DNA of 56,508 nucleotides, filler included, from Sphacelaria rigidula (taxonomy: Eukaryota), in the NCBI GenBank assembly GCA_964200075.2. It is 6 parts of 6 records of this genome, joined end to end, with 100 filler letters (N's around TTAATTAATTAA, not from the genome) between each part and the next. Parts side by side here need not be neighbours in the genome. Positions count along the whole stretch, not along the records: positions 9,437 to 18,772 come from CAXNAA020008724.1; positions 18,873 to 28,207 come from CAXNAA020008725.1; 4 more parts are not named here. One strand, 5' to 3'. The position numbers and the translations under genes were made by a program. A model generated the notes under the pieces. The model was not told the DNA's origin, ran no database searches, and was given only the letters and a program-made list of their open reading frames with translations. Shown here piece by piece: positions 12,119 to 24,890 of this stretch (the first letter of the stretch is position 1; each line of letters begins with the position of its first letter).

Positions 12119-13321
12119 CGAGCTGGGCCAGCCTAGGAGCGAATTTTTAGTTCGTAGGTCCATTCGCAATTTTCTACTTAGAGTTGGAGAATGAAAAGTT
12201 GTATGGACAATCAAGAGGTCATGATAAGAAAAAATTGTGCATAGTCCTAAAGTTTTTTTCTTGGTATGGGCTAACGGCATTTTACTAAAACCTGAAAACT
12301 GATTACTGTCTTTAACTCATGGGAGAAAAAAAATATCTGGGACCATGCATAACTTTTTTTCATGCCCTGTTGGTTGTCCAAACCAAATTTCAGGGTCCAA
12401 CTCCAAGTAAAAAATTGAGATTTCGCCTTTTGAAGCCCGGGTCGGTGCAAATTCGGAACAGCATTTCGCAGGCCGTTTACCGGCCCACGTTCCGAGTTTG
12501 TGTATTGAAACTTTGTGCGGGACCTCGCTACGTCATGATGAGCCAAGAAAAGTGGATATGCTTGGTTTTTATTCCTTTTTCTTTCACTGTTTTCGGACGT
12601 TTTAGCATAGAAACGACCATTTTTTTACAAGAACGCCCGAACCTCCCACAAAAAAAATGAAGGCCCATTTTTGTTTTATTCAGCATACCTCTGTGGTTTC
12701 CCGTGCCAAGTTTCGAATCACAATTCTAAAAATTGAGCTAAAAAAGATGAGATAAGGTCCAAGAGCAGTGTCCAGTTCTTCTCAAAACTCCTCCAAAGAC
12801 AAGAAAAAAAAAAAAGTAACGAAAAAGAGGTAAAAGCTGTTTTTTATATCATTATGCACTAGCGGTTCTCCATATAAAATTTCATACCACAACTCTCGGA
12901 AACTGAGACACGAGATCCAGATTTAGGGCGTCTAGTGCCTCTGCTCGTAATATATTGATTTTAGTACGGAACATTATGAGGGCCATATCTCGAGATAGAT
13001 TACGAATTAGGTGAAGGCGAGGACATATATCGTCTCCCCGTGCTCCAAGGAAGGTCTACACTAACAATCGTCATCATCCGCGGCATGTATCGTTCGGGGT
13101 TTCGACTAGATTTTTAGTATGGACGCTATCTCCGCTACGTATAGAAATTACTATACATGGGGGTTAATTAACGATAAAATATTGGCCCAAAATTTTGAGC
13201 AGATGGGCACCTTCTCCTTGATTAGACGATTAATACGATATGCGGATCACGGCCCAACTCGTCTATGTCGATGAGATTTTGCTTTGAGGGACTAAATCTA
13301 TTTCTAAGCTGGCCCCGCTCG
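12119..13321. mobile_element. Non-autonomous Tc1/mariner-like element inserted in the LINE APE domain
   Basis: TIR CGAGCTGGGCCAGCCTAG ... CTAAGCTGGCCCCGCTCG. Flanks are TA and TC (a mutated TA TSD). Removing it restores VHV-CAEDVGTTDH. Confidence 0.85.
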
Positions 13322-14749
13322 TCTGCGCAGAGGACGTGGGAACTACGGATCATTGCCTGATGGACGGACAGACAACAGACGAGATCTTTGAGAAGGGGGT
13401 GGGGCAGGAAGTTGTACAAATGGAGAATGGATAAACTAGAAATGGAAGAAAAGCAGCAAGAGTTCCAAGAAGAGATTATCAAAATTGGAGTGACATTTTC
13501 CGAGTTGTTGGAAAGCGTAGGTGCAGTTGATACCGAAATTGAAAGGGGTAGGGCCAGGGCGAAGATTGTAGAAGGATGGCAGCAGTTGATCAAGAGCTCA
13601 GCGAGTAAAGTCATTGGTAAGAGACTAGTCGTATGCAACAGAGCAGTAAAATGGGAGGATGAGGAAGTAAAAAAGGCTACAAGAGTGAAGAGAGAGGCCC
13701 ACGCAAGACACATATCGAGTAAAACTGCGATAGGATGGGAGGAGAATAGTAACGGTCGAGAGGAAGTGAAAAAGATGGAGAAGAAAAAGGAGGAAGAATG
13801 GGAAGGTGTAGTGAATAAAACAAATGAAGATTTCCATGGCGGGATGAAACAAGTGTTGATAGGGATAAAGGGGATCATGAGAAACCAGGGAGAAAGATAG
13901 ACAATGGGATAGCCACACTATGAGCACAGAACGGTAAAATGGTCGGCAGTTCGAAGGGGAAGAGAGAAGTGCTAGTAGAGCACTATCGCAAACTCGGAAC
14001 AACAAAAAGTAGCACGAAGTTCGACACGGAATTCGAAAAAGAAATCAACACATGGGCAGAGGCAAATGTAGACGCGTCGAAACGGGAGGATAGTGGCTCC
14101 AAAGAACTGCAGAGAGAGTCACCAGAGATTGGGTAAAGGGGTGCGTAGCTAAACCCAAGAGCAGAAAGGCACCAGGGGCAAACGAAATAGCGAGTAAATT
14201 TCCGAAGTACGGGGGAGAGGGAATGATTCCCATGATGGTTCTGCTATATAACTGGATCTGGGAAAACGAGCACACACCCAAGAGGTGGAGAGAAGAAGTA
14301 AGAGTCAACATTTTCACAAAGGAGGCAAGGCTGACCCAGGGAATGATAGAGCGATAACGCTACTGAGCACAGTAGGGAATATATTATGCAAAATCATGAA
14401 CGATAGAGTGGGAACGATGCTAGAATTAGAATGAAAATTCAGCGAGGGACGAGCAGGTTTCAGACCAAACCGTTGTTGCGTCGACCATGTGTACATATTA
14501 GGTAATATTACTCAAGGGAGGAAAGACACCGGGCTGACAACGTAGTGTATCTTTCTGGACGTACGAAAGGCGTATGACACAGTATGGAGAGATGGGGTAT
14601 GGAAAAAGTTGTGGGAAACTAGGATCAGAGGAACGATGTGTAGCATGGTGAAGGAGATGACAGAATGTGCCAAAAGTGCCATGATGCTAGACGGGTAATT
14701 ATCGAAATGTTTTGATATTTTACAAGGAGGTGCACAAGGATGTGCGTTA

Positions 14750-15015
14750 CTAGTAGGCCGTTTCTTCCAGCTCGTATTTTGTTTGGCTCGTATTTTCCAC
14801 TTTTAGGACATTTGACACGGTTTTTGACCCCCGAACGGGAAAAATCGCCACCACACGTCTTGGACACTTTGTATCACCCCACCGAGAGAAGCCTAGCCCA
14901 CTTTTCCGATTCGCTTGGGTCAGAGATTTCGAGAGCGGCCTCTGGACAAAAATACGAGGATAACATATATTGCACAGTCTGTAGGTATCTTCAGGAACCG
15001 GAAGAAACCTCCCCA
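14750..15015. mobile_element. ~265-bp MITE-like insertion splitting the RT QGC-LSP motif
   Basis: The LINE frame breaks between CAAGGATGTGCGTTA and TCACCCACTTTATTC. Degenerate TIR GTTTCTTCCAG ... CCGGAAGAAAC. Confidence 0.7.
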
Positions 15016-16775
15016 TCACCCACTTTATTCCAAGTATTCATTCATGACCTGAAAATAGCAAAAGAAGCAGCAAATCAAGGAGTCCAGGGGAGGAAAGATA
15101 TGGTATCAGGATTGATATTCGCGGCTAATTTCGTGGGGATATCAGAAACACCATAAGGATTGCAGACGCGAATAGAAAAGGCGCTGATGGTGACAGCGAA
15201 CGTTAGGAAATGCGCGGTACTTGTATGTAACGAAGAAAATAATAGCCCGGTAAAGTTCAAATGAAAGGGAGGAGAAGAGGAGTTGCCGATCATAGACCAG
15301 TATGCATACCTTGGCCTAGAGATATAATAAAACTGTTCTTGGGATGTACACATGTGTAAAGTATCAGACGAGGGTAAGGCACAGATCGGGAGGATGGATG
15401 TTATCCTCAGAGACTCGCACCTAGATACTAGGATTAAGATATGCATCATGATTAAAGTGATTGTACAAAACTGCAAAATGCAGGAGAAGTATGGGAGGGG
15501 AACGTGAAGTTAGTGGATAAGTTGGAAACAGTACAGATGGCAGCAGCTAAGAAAGTACGTGCATGTTCAAAAACGACGGGTAATGCAGCATTGAGAGCAT
15601 TGTTGCAATTGTACCCACTTGAAACAAAAAGACACGAGAAAATTGCGATGGCAATATAGCGTAGGGGACATGCCCGGAAAGAGATTGCCAACCACAGTTG
15701 ATGGGTCGTGTGGAAGGAAGTGACGAAAGGGCAAGCTGAATGAGGTGGGATAGCATAGTCGAGAAAGTATGGAAAGACACGGGATGAAACAACGACGAGA
15801 AAATTATCACCGGTGAATATGGCGCGGGTACAAGACAAAAGCGAGAGACATGGTAGAAATAAGGGGGAAAAGAAACGCGAAGACGGAAAGTAGACGAGAA
15901 AGAATACCTGAAGATATACGGGGGTTGAGAGAGTGTATGGGGATAAAAACATATCTGCGTGGCCTGAAGGACTTCGCGAAAAATATTGAAAGTGCGATTT
16001 CGGGTGGGAGACCTGGACCCGCCAGAAATAAAAGGTATACCAGCAGTCGAGTGGAGGAGGAAGTAGAGGCACCGAATTGCTCCTGTGGCAAAAGCAATAG
16101 AGTAGAACTCATACAGTGCAGGAATGTGAACTACACAAGGAGGACCGGGACTTGTAAGAGAGGAAAATGTGGCGAGTAAAGAAGGGGACATGAAAACGCT
16201 TGGTACATTAAATTGTGGCGAGAAACCGACCTCTGTACTAGGAGATCGATGGTGGCCACAGACGGCGAAACAGGAAGGGGAAATGATATGTAAAAATGTT
16301 ATGTAATGTACGGAAGAAACGTAATGAGCGCCCCGATCTTAAAGGTGTCTCTAGTAGAAGTAGGAACGGCGCTCCGTCCCGAAAGGGATGCGTGGTCAAT
16401 GGTCAAACGACCAAGGCAAGCCACAAATGCATACACCCTCCTCCCCGCCCCTCATTGAAGTATCAACGCAAAGCGGAGGGATACGAGTAGCCCCTGGTCA
16501 TCCTGGCAGCACATTGTCAACCGTTCCAACGGCCGCAGATAGTCGCTTGGTCCCCAGTCATTTTTCAAGTGAAATAATGCGGATTCAACAGGTAGGCATG
16601 GCATCCCTAGCGGTCAGAGGGCTGACCAATTGGAATATCTGGCTGAATACAGCGAAAAATAATCTTAACCGTGAGCAAATATATTCACCTTCCATTCTGC
16701 AGGAGAACAACAGGAACATTTCTCCTATTTCCCACCGTATATATATACATGCATGCTTCTCTGTTTTTTCCAAAC

Positions 16776-16891
16776 CTTGGTAATGGCCTTCGTCACGTTT
16801 CCGGCGGCATCAAGTCGGTCCGTCGCATCCCGAACAAACTCTGGCTGCTGGCTCATCTCGGCTATCCCTCCGGCGTTATCGGCAATCGGTC
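16776..16891 (-). CDS. AVP2: Membrane H+-translocating pyrophosphatase, K+-independent (type II, AVP2/VHP2-like), one internal exon
   Basis: AAG acceptor, GTTTGG donor. Encodes (G)[38 protein letters not shown], the conserved [10 protein letters not shown] and DxxGNxxK motifs. Lys in GNxxK marks K+-independent enzymes. Confidence 0.93.
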
Positions 16892-17092
16892 CTTTCGATT
16901 CGTAAGCACATTTTCGTTCATAGCAACGGGTATTACTTACACGACTTTGTCTAATGTGAGTCAGTTCCAGTCCCACTGCTAGCGTACACGATATCGGTGC
17001 GCCGGCCATGACGATCAGTCCCAACAACCAGAGCAAATACACTTCCCAGTTGATTGTTCCATGTTGTACGACGAAGAACTGGAACCACCTTA

Positions 17093-17789
17093 CGAGCTCG
17101 GCCAGCCTAGAAACGGATCTGTACGATATCAGACAGCTCGGGAGCTCCGTTTTGAAAGTTGTGTTTTGAAATTTGGTGTGGGGAAGCGCCAGGGCATCAT
17201 GGGTAAAAAAATGCGGGATATCGAGCTTTTTTTGTCATGAGTCAAGGGCAAAAAACGAGACCCATACTTCACGGAAACGTCCTTAATTCGTGGAAAAAAG
17301 ACAACTCAATGTCCCATAACTTTTTTTCTATAATGCCCTTGCGAGACTCTCCATCCCAAATTCAGAGCACAACTCTCGAAACCGAGATGCCAGATGCAGA
17401 TTTAGTTGAATCAGTGCCACGTCTTGAACTCAGTCTGGAATCTTGAAAATATCATACCCATCTGTAGGTGACGAAGCAGGTGAGTGTAATTGTATCGATC
17501 GTTTCCCCGTGCCTTATGGCATGTTCACACTAAAAAGCAGCGCCATCCGCTCAATATACCGTGGCAGGACTTCGCACAGACTTTAGAATCGAGTCACCTC
17601 CGTACGTCAGGGGATGTACTCGACATGACACTTAATCAAGGAGGAAGCATCTGACCGAGCTGTTAAGTAGATGGACATCTGCCCCTTGATTCGACGACTA
17701 ACAAGATGCACGGATCACAGCCCACTTCGTCCGCGTCGATGAGATATGGCTGTGACAGCTCAAGTCCGTTTCCAAGATGGCCCAGCTCG
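17093..17789. mobile_element. Second, shorter mariner-like MITE related to 12119-13321
   Basis: TA|CGAGCTCGGCCAGCCTAGAAACGGA ... TCCGTTTCCAAGATGGCCCAGCTCG|TA. Intact TA TSD and internal similarity to the first copy. Confidence 0.88.
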
Positions 17790-18872
17790 TATTCCACTGT
17801 CGGAAGATGATCACCCTTCGAACGGAAGGGTAGGTCATGTGAGTCCCCCATTGATTTTTCACGTGAAAATGATGCCGGCTCAATACATGACCCACCCTGG
17901 AGGTCCAACAACTGAATCTTGCGATGGCGCTCATCTCACGACTTGATGTTACATGGGTAATGGTAGCCACGTGAACACTTGTGGACAATGATCATCTACT
18001 TCATGTACGACCAGAGCATTGTATATAACGCACGTAAATGGGAAAAGTAGACGGTATTTTTTTGGACGCGTGGCGGTCTTAACGGCGCTTTCTGGGGGAG
18101 AATCGATAAATGCACCACGAAGGTACTATAAAAGAAAGCACAACGCACCAAACCGTGCGAGAATTTCCGTTGATGAAGAGAAGATTGCCGTTGATGTAGA
18201 GAAGATGCACGACAAATATCCACGACGCGTACGTTTGGATCTCCTCATATCCCAGGCTAGCGCGAGTACACTATATTCGACTCAACAAAAGCCCAAGATA
18301 TGTACCTATTGGTCCAAGAAAGTGGCGTCGAGGACGTGTGCTCCACCAACGAGTGGGGGTCCTCGAATCGGGTGCAACCAATAGGGCACCCTCGTCCGCC
18401 AAATACATAAAGAGGTTGCGCGTGTGAGAAGACCTGAAAAGAGAGCCGCCGTGTCAGTCTTGTGCATAGAATCAACAACACCCCGCGCTGCTTCCATCAT
18501 CGCCGTCATCTACATCTTCGGCTATGCGACAGCTCAGGCCACCCCGCCAACTAACTCCTCACCGTGCTGTTTTGGCATGGGTGATGGTTTTGCGCCAGCG
18601 GCTGACATGTCAAATGAAACACCAATGCTCAGTCCAGAGCGCGAAGCAAGCATGCGGTGCCTGCTTTGTTGAACATTTTAGTCAACGGTGTCATGATATA
18701 TATAGTAGTCAGCGTCAGAAGTTTTCAGAACTCGTAGTCGTCCTTTTTTCTGAGTTTTTAGAGTACCGTTCTNNNNNNNNNNNNNNNNNNNNNNNNNNNN
18801 NNNNNNNNNNNNNNNNTTAATTAATTAANNNNNNNNNNNNNNNNNNNNNNNNNNNNNNNNNNNNNNNNNNNN

Positions 18873-18992
<120 letters not shown>

Positions 18993-19799
18993 TCGGTCCG
19001 TCGGTCCGTCGGTCCGTCTGTCCGTCTGGGTTTTTCTGTCTGTTTTCGCTGTTTGAATCAATTGAGATTGCTTTCGCCGCTGCTTCGCGTTTCCCGACAG
19101 TTGGTTGATGACCTGGTCCATGGGGCTATCTGGGAGACACATCGGCTCGTCCTCGAAAATATTGCGGTGAGATCAGAGTAAGGAAAACACGCCAGGTATC
19201 TGCAGGGGGGCAACCATGGTTTATTCCTGGAAAATATTTCCGTACCGTACCGTTGATATAGACGTTTCTAGGGGTCCTGAGGTGAGAAACCTCGAATCCT
19301 GCCGTGCCCTGGTCCATGTGGGATTGATCATTTTCATGGTCCAGTCAGTACGATAGTATTGCGCATCAATTCACACGGTGTTCTATCCGACCTATCCATT
19401 GACAAGCGGACTGACGTCCAGGTCATGTATTTCTAAAGGCCGGGCCTCCCACAAGCCCATGTCTATAAACTGTGGTTTACCATATTAGCACGCGGGTTTA
19501 TTGCCACGTGAGCTTCTTATCGAGGATTCTCTGCGGAGTATAAACATAGTGTCGGTCGCGGGGGTGGGAAGAAACCCACGATACTCGAAGTTCAAGTCGA
19601 AGCCAAGAGCGGTTAATTAGATAAAGGGGTCAGACAAACACGAAGCCTGTCGACACAACTGGCCGCGATCCTAAGGCTTGTCGAGAATCTACCTGCAGCG
19701 AAGGTCTGGAGCTCCCAACGAAACAACACGGTACCGGTTGGAACACTGCGACAGTGTACACCACTGGAGGCGTCGGTGATGGTGTGGGTTAGGACGCTG

Positions 19800-20470
19800 C
19801 AGATGATGCAACAGCGCCCTGGGAGGCGCTCAACCACTAGAATGAGGAGTTGGCTTGAGGGTAAACTCTTGACGGCATGAAATACCCCATCTTTGTTGGA
19901 GTAACTAGAGACGGCGGGGGTTAGAAACGATACGAGCTTCAATTTCTGAGCTGAAACAAGGGGTGCCAACATGCCTTTCTACGGGAAAACGACATCGCCG
20001 CGGAGTCGCTCGACATGGTGTGTGTTGAGGCAACGTTGTATCAGAACAGAGATCAGTCGCGCACAAGGTTTCTGTCTCGTTCTGTTCGGCAACTTGGCGA
20101 TCCCGGCGGCAAAAAAATCAATGTTTTTGATACAAGTCGCCCGAGAGCGGCACGGGGAATGCTACAGGAGTTTTTCGAGTCTCGAAAAATCCACGCCGTA
20201 AGCCAACTCGCAAAGAAGTACGACATCAGAGTTTCGGGGGAGACGAGGGCCCCATCCAGCTTGCCGCAGATGTGCAGACTATGTAGGCCAAGATACAGGG
20301 ACTTTCCTTTTCTCAGGCACCTCGACAAGAGGCTGTAGATATTTGGAATCTGTTTTCAACGGCCGCCGTTCGTATTAAGAGATTGAGACTTGGACGGGGA
20401 GCCTGGCCTGGTGCGTACAGAGATCGATGGACTCATCGCTAGAATAAGGCTGGACTTTGATCATCGCAAG
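19800..20470 (+). pseudogene. Heavily decayed Ty1/copia gag-like remnant
   Basis: Broken frames give ARGMLQEFFESRKIHAVSQLAKKYD, PIQLAADVQTM and PGLVRTEIDGLIAR, resembling the UBN2/Retrotran_gag_2 region. Confidence 0.35.
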
Positions 20471-22379
20471 TTGTCAAACGTTTGCGTTTTCGGGGAGCGT
20501 TGGTACCTTGGGTGGTGTTGTTTTCACATCCAACGTGATGTGACACTACAAAGCGTGGAAATGCAGTCGAAATAATTTTTCATTGAGTGCCGCAAAGAGA
20601 TATATGCACCGAGCGATCGCGTATGCTATTTCTGGAGATTGACGTGCGACATGGTGCCTCGAGGCTTGACCAAAAACAGAGACCTGCACTCGTGAAAGGA
20701 TAGCACAGTGCTAGAGTATTTCTCTAGGGTTGGTCGAAATCAAGCAGTGTTTGTGAAGGGTGTTGACTACGTGAAGGTTTAAAGACATGTTTATTCATAA
20801 CATTGTTCGCGGTAGACACACCGTATTCCTGTGCGGACGTGAAATGTACACTCACCGTGGCACGGCTCTCCGGAATAGTCACGGGACAGGATGATCCCAC
20901 GGTAGGGGTTCACGCTCGGTCCGAACGTGCTCTGAAGCTATGCACCAAGGCCCAGGCGTTTGACATTAAGACGCTCCTAACGAGTAGAGCCTCATAAACA
21001 TAAAGTATTCACCCCCTGCTGCAGAACTGCTGGATAGAACTTTTAATTTTCGTTCACTGCTGTCGGCTGAACGGACGTTTTCATGTGTACACATCATGTG
21101 GTTGAATGCGTAATGTCCCGGTAGTTGTTGCTGGATGGGATAGATGGAGACCAAGGATCCTTAGGGTATGGTCGGCGTTGCAGAGCATCTATTGTGATCG
21201 GGCTTGGCTTTCCTGTGTTGCATGGTTCGCCGGGCAGAGTGTTAAAATTATTTTCATGTTGTCATCGTCCCGCTCACTAGGCCTGTGTAGAAATGCACAA
21301 CCCTGTAGATTGCATAGTGGAATGTTTACGCCTGAAAATAGTACCCGGAGCGAGGAGGCTTAGTTCGTCTGGATTGGCTTGGTTGTTATTGAGTACTAAC
21401 TTTTCGAAAATGAAGTAGGAGCTTCATACAATTATTAGAGCTGGGACGTACAACGTATTGGTGGATGTGTGAGGGTGTTCCCTTGGAAGGGAGCAAGCGC
21501 GAGAAAGAAGTTAAAACAGCCGCGGCTACGGGTTTCCTATCGAGAATATGTTGAACAACGATTTAAATCTGCAAATAAGCACTCCAGGGTTATTGTATCT
21601 GTTTGCTGGGTCAAAACGTGTGGAAATATTTATTTTGGCTGGTGAATATCCTTTGGATTTCATTTTACACTGTTGGAGACAGCAAGCTGTAAGAATCTAC
21701 AAAATCATTTTATGCGGATAGACGCCTCCAGATTCCTGCAGAAATCGGTCTGTGGGTCTGAACGAATCGTTGTGAATTGTATTGTAATGGTGGGACAGTA
21801 CAATGAGGCACGTACGCCGGATGATGCAAAGCAGGTGCTCTTGACTGTTGGAAGATGGAGTCCGTGAAACTTGACGAGTAACGCCCATGTAGGAGGCCGC
21901 TCGTAGAAAAATGTTGAACAGCAAACGACCGAGAAAGTCGTCACCGGTTTTGTGCGATTTCCCAGTGTGCAAATCTCGGACTCTTCTGTGCCGTGGTGCA
22001 GGAGGCGTGCTCGTTTGTTGCTTGCCTTGGTCGTTTGACCATTGACCACTCACCCCTTTCGAGACAGAGTAATTACTTGATGCAGGAGGGGGATTGCGAC
22101 CATTGTTTTCATGGCGGAAGACAATAGATCGCGAATCAGTTCATTTCGTGTTCTATCCGACTGACCCTTTTCCGCTGGGATCGTGTCCGCGTAATGCGCC
22201 CCTGTGAGCCTAGTCTATCATTAGCTGTCGTCTACAACCTGTGGCCTGCGTTTCTCGCATACGGGCCCACCATGAACACACTCCGTCGAAGGCGAACATG
22301 CGCGCACTCATTAGCTACCGCCCAACTGGGTTACATCCTGGACATTCAACAATACGTTATGGTCGATGCACATGTCGCA

Positions 22380-23450
22380 CGTGTTGTCTCCCAACAATGG
22401 TTGATCTGCTGAGATGCTGAATACGTCAACCGGCACGCAAGAGGTTAGCGGCGTCGCCGACCGATGAAAACCGCTCTTCGTTTCAATCAATGGTGTAACC
22501 CCCGATCGCTCCATCAGTCACCCTCATGATCCCCTGCTGTCGAGGTCACATACCTTGCGAAATTTGTCCCCATGGACATCGATAAGCATGGAAATGTCTA
22601 CACGACCTGCACGCATAGCCTAACATCAGCGGCAATCTCTCTCGAAAGAGGCTCTCCCATTTTGTCTATTCGCTAGGCCGCGGGTTTTCGCAAAGGGTCA
22701 CTGCACAAAATGTCTGCACTAATTTTGCAAGATTTTTCACATCGTAATCACACTTTCATTTGTTCACTTGGGTATTCGGCAAGTGGTCATTTGCGGAACG
22801 CACGGTAGGATCGGACAAACGGGTTGAACTCCTTTGGACGAGGTGATGCACGGTGTCACAAGTGTACAGTACGCTGAAAATGTTCTGATATTTTCGGAGT
22901 CACAACGGTGTCAATTTTCCCAAAATTCAAATACGAGCTGGGCCAGCTTAATAGCGGCTAAACGTTGCTCGCACCACAGCCTCCCCAGTTTCTCAAATGA
23001 ACCCGATGTAAGCATATCACTGTGAACTGCAGATCCACTTGATGACAAAGGACTGCGTCGCTGTTCGATTGGCGTCGTATTGCCGATGACGATATTGTAC
23101 TGCATACAGTACGGGGTGCGCCTGATATCGTCGGACGATAGCGTGTTGGAGTGCGTTTCCTTTTTGGAAGCGGTGGGTGCAGCGGCGTCACGCAAAACGT
23201 TGCACGCGCGGCCCGATTCGACGACTCTTGAGCTTCAATTTCACGAAGATCTTCTGCACCCAAGGCAATGATACATCCCGGGACCAGCTGCAGATTCTCA
23301 TTTTTTTGCTGAACTTCCGACATTATCTTGTTTTTGAAGAAATTTGAAATCCCCATAGCTTCCTCTTTTTTTCTTTTTTCCCTTGTTGCTCTCGGGATTT
23401 TCTGCATGTCGTTCATAATAAGCCGCTGCCAGATGTTCGGGGTCATGCTT
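22380..23450 (-). pseudogene. Possible decayed Helitron Rep/Hel N-terminal region
   Basis: Minus-strand fragments in the expected order: MLTSGSFEKLGRL (cf. xxxGQxYHRIGSL), KLAQLVF (cf. KFAQLY), KEFNPFVRSYRAF (cf. NPYVxxF), EIAADV (cf. EVAAI). Confidence 0.3.
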
Positions 23451-24532
23451 ATAGTTTTACGCCGTGCGTCGCCTGAGCGAGAAAACTACCCACTGTTGGC
23501 TGACCCAGCTCGTATCCGAGGTCGAGAACTTTCGATGCGGTGCCGAATACCCACTCGTAGCATGAGCGATATACTCGAATATTCCGCGAAACATGTGATG
23601 GAGACAGGCGTGAACTGAGTCGTCATTCTCCGCGTGAATATTCTTGCTTGTACTGCCGCAGAGAGTGTGCGCTGCTAAGAAGGTGACGGGGGGACTGGAA
23701 CTCTCCTTGAGGATGGATAGCGACCTCCTCGCTCGAGATGGCGGGCTGGGCGGTCCTATCACCAGCGATCTTCGGGTGCGTATGGAGAGTATTTCAGCAA
23801 ACATGGCGGTAAAATTGCTGATATGGAAACGAAGATACGTTTATCGAGGCAATACCCGGCCATATCAGTCAGAACCTTTGTTGCGCCTCCTGTTTATTGT
23901 GTATGTTTGTATGTATGTGCATGTAATTCGTATTTTTCGTACCCTCAAGACCTTCTCGCTATGAGTCCGTGGTATCAACAAATCACTTCATCTCCGCTCC
24001 GTGTACCTTCCTCGAAAGTTGCTGTCGAGCATTGCATCGGTCCTCCCGGAGATCGCTCACTTTCGTCAAACAGTACTGTCGTTTTGCGGGGACATTATGA
24101 ACAATGTGCAGAACTCCACGGAGATAGACGATACCAGTACCGCAGGTCGACCAAAGTACGGTAAGTACTGCAGGTCTTCTTCTACCCGGAAGTTGCAGCG
24201 GGCGGAGTTATCGCAGGGCAAACCTTTCCCCAGCAGTTGTACTGTAGTGCAGCGGATGCCAGGAGCATCCAAATGTGCTGCATGGTTACTCGTTTTTCTC
24301 CAACGGCAACCGCAGCTGTCGCTTCAGGCATGTTGCCGCGAAGATAACATCATGCTTGACGAGAGTTTCCTCATGTACACCTTGACAGTGTTAACACACG
24401 GATTCTTTTCGAGAAAGTCAGAGCTACTTGCGTTTTTTCGTACGCAAGGAACAACGCTCAATCTTTCTCGAAGAGCTCGCTCATCCGCTGCAGCGGTGAG
24501 TACCGCACACACAGCGCGAAGCGCACGCGTGG

Positions 24533-24890
24533 CGTGTTGTGTTGTGTGTCGTCGTCCCATTTATTCTTGGCGCCAGTCTACACCTTTCGGGTTTTGTGGG
24601 CGCATCAGCCGGGGTCACACAGGATGAAGGTCAACACAGGAGCTTTTCATTTATTTTATTTCATCACCCCACCTTCCTTCTGCGGTGCTTGCCTGTATGT
24701 TTTATCGCGAGAGGGGTTCAGCAATCCGTTTCAGTCATCGACCGTTAAGTCGAATTTGTGTACCCACGACATAGTCGCTCTCCACTGTTGGGCATGGTGC
24801 GAGAAAAGATCCCAGATCGCTCCAGGAATCGAACCTCACCACTCAACCGTCAGAAGGTTACGGGCTTACCAACTGAGCCACCGGGGCGAC
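24533..24890 (-). mobile_element. tRNA-derived SINE (family T)
   Basis: Minus-strand head GTCGCCCCGGTGGCTCAGTTGGT (A box) ... GGTTCGATTCC (B box). Body collinear with 26533-26880. Short AC-rich tail. Confidence 0.88.

Larger units (their letters stand above)
11181..16451 (+). mobile_element. Decayed non-LTR retrotransposon (LINE family B), ORF2 with APE endonuclease + RT, interrupted by two MITEs
   Basis: APE motifs: IGSWNMCG (~11432), DVVEI.ESW, GNIYLPP, VLVGKSNARVG (cf. GDFNA), TDHCL (~13345). RT motifs: KAPGANEI, RAITLLSTVG, AGFRPNRCCVDH, FLDVRKAYDTVWR, QGCAL/SPTLF, IFAANFVG (cf. FADD). Many stops and frameshifts. Ends ATACACCCTCCTCCCCGCCCC. Confidence 0.93.
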
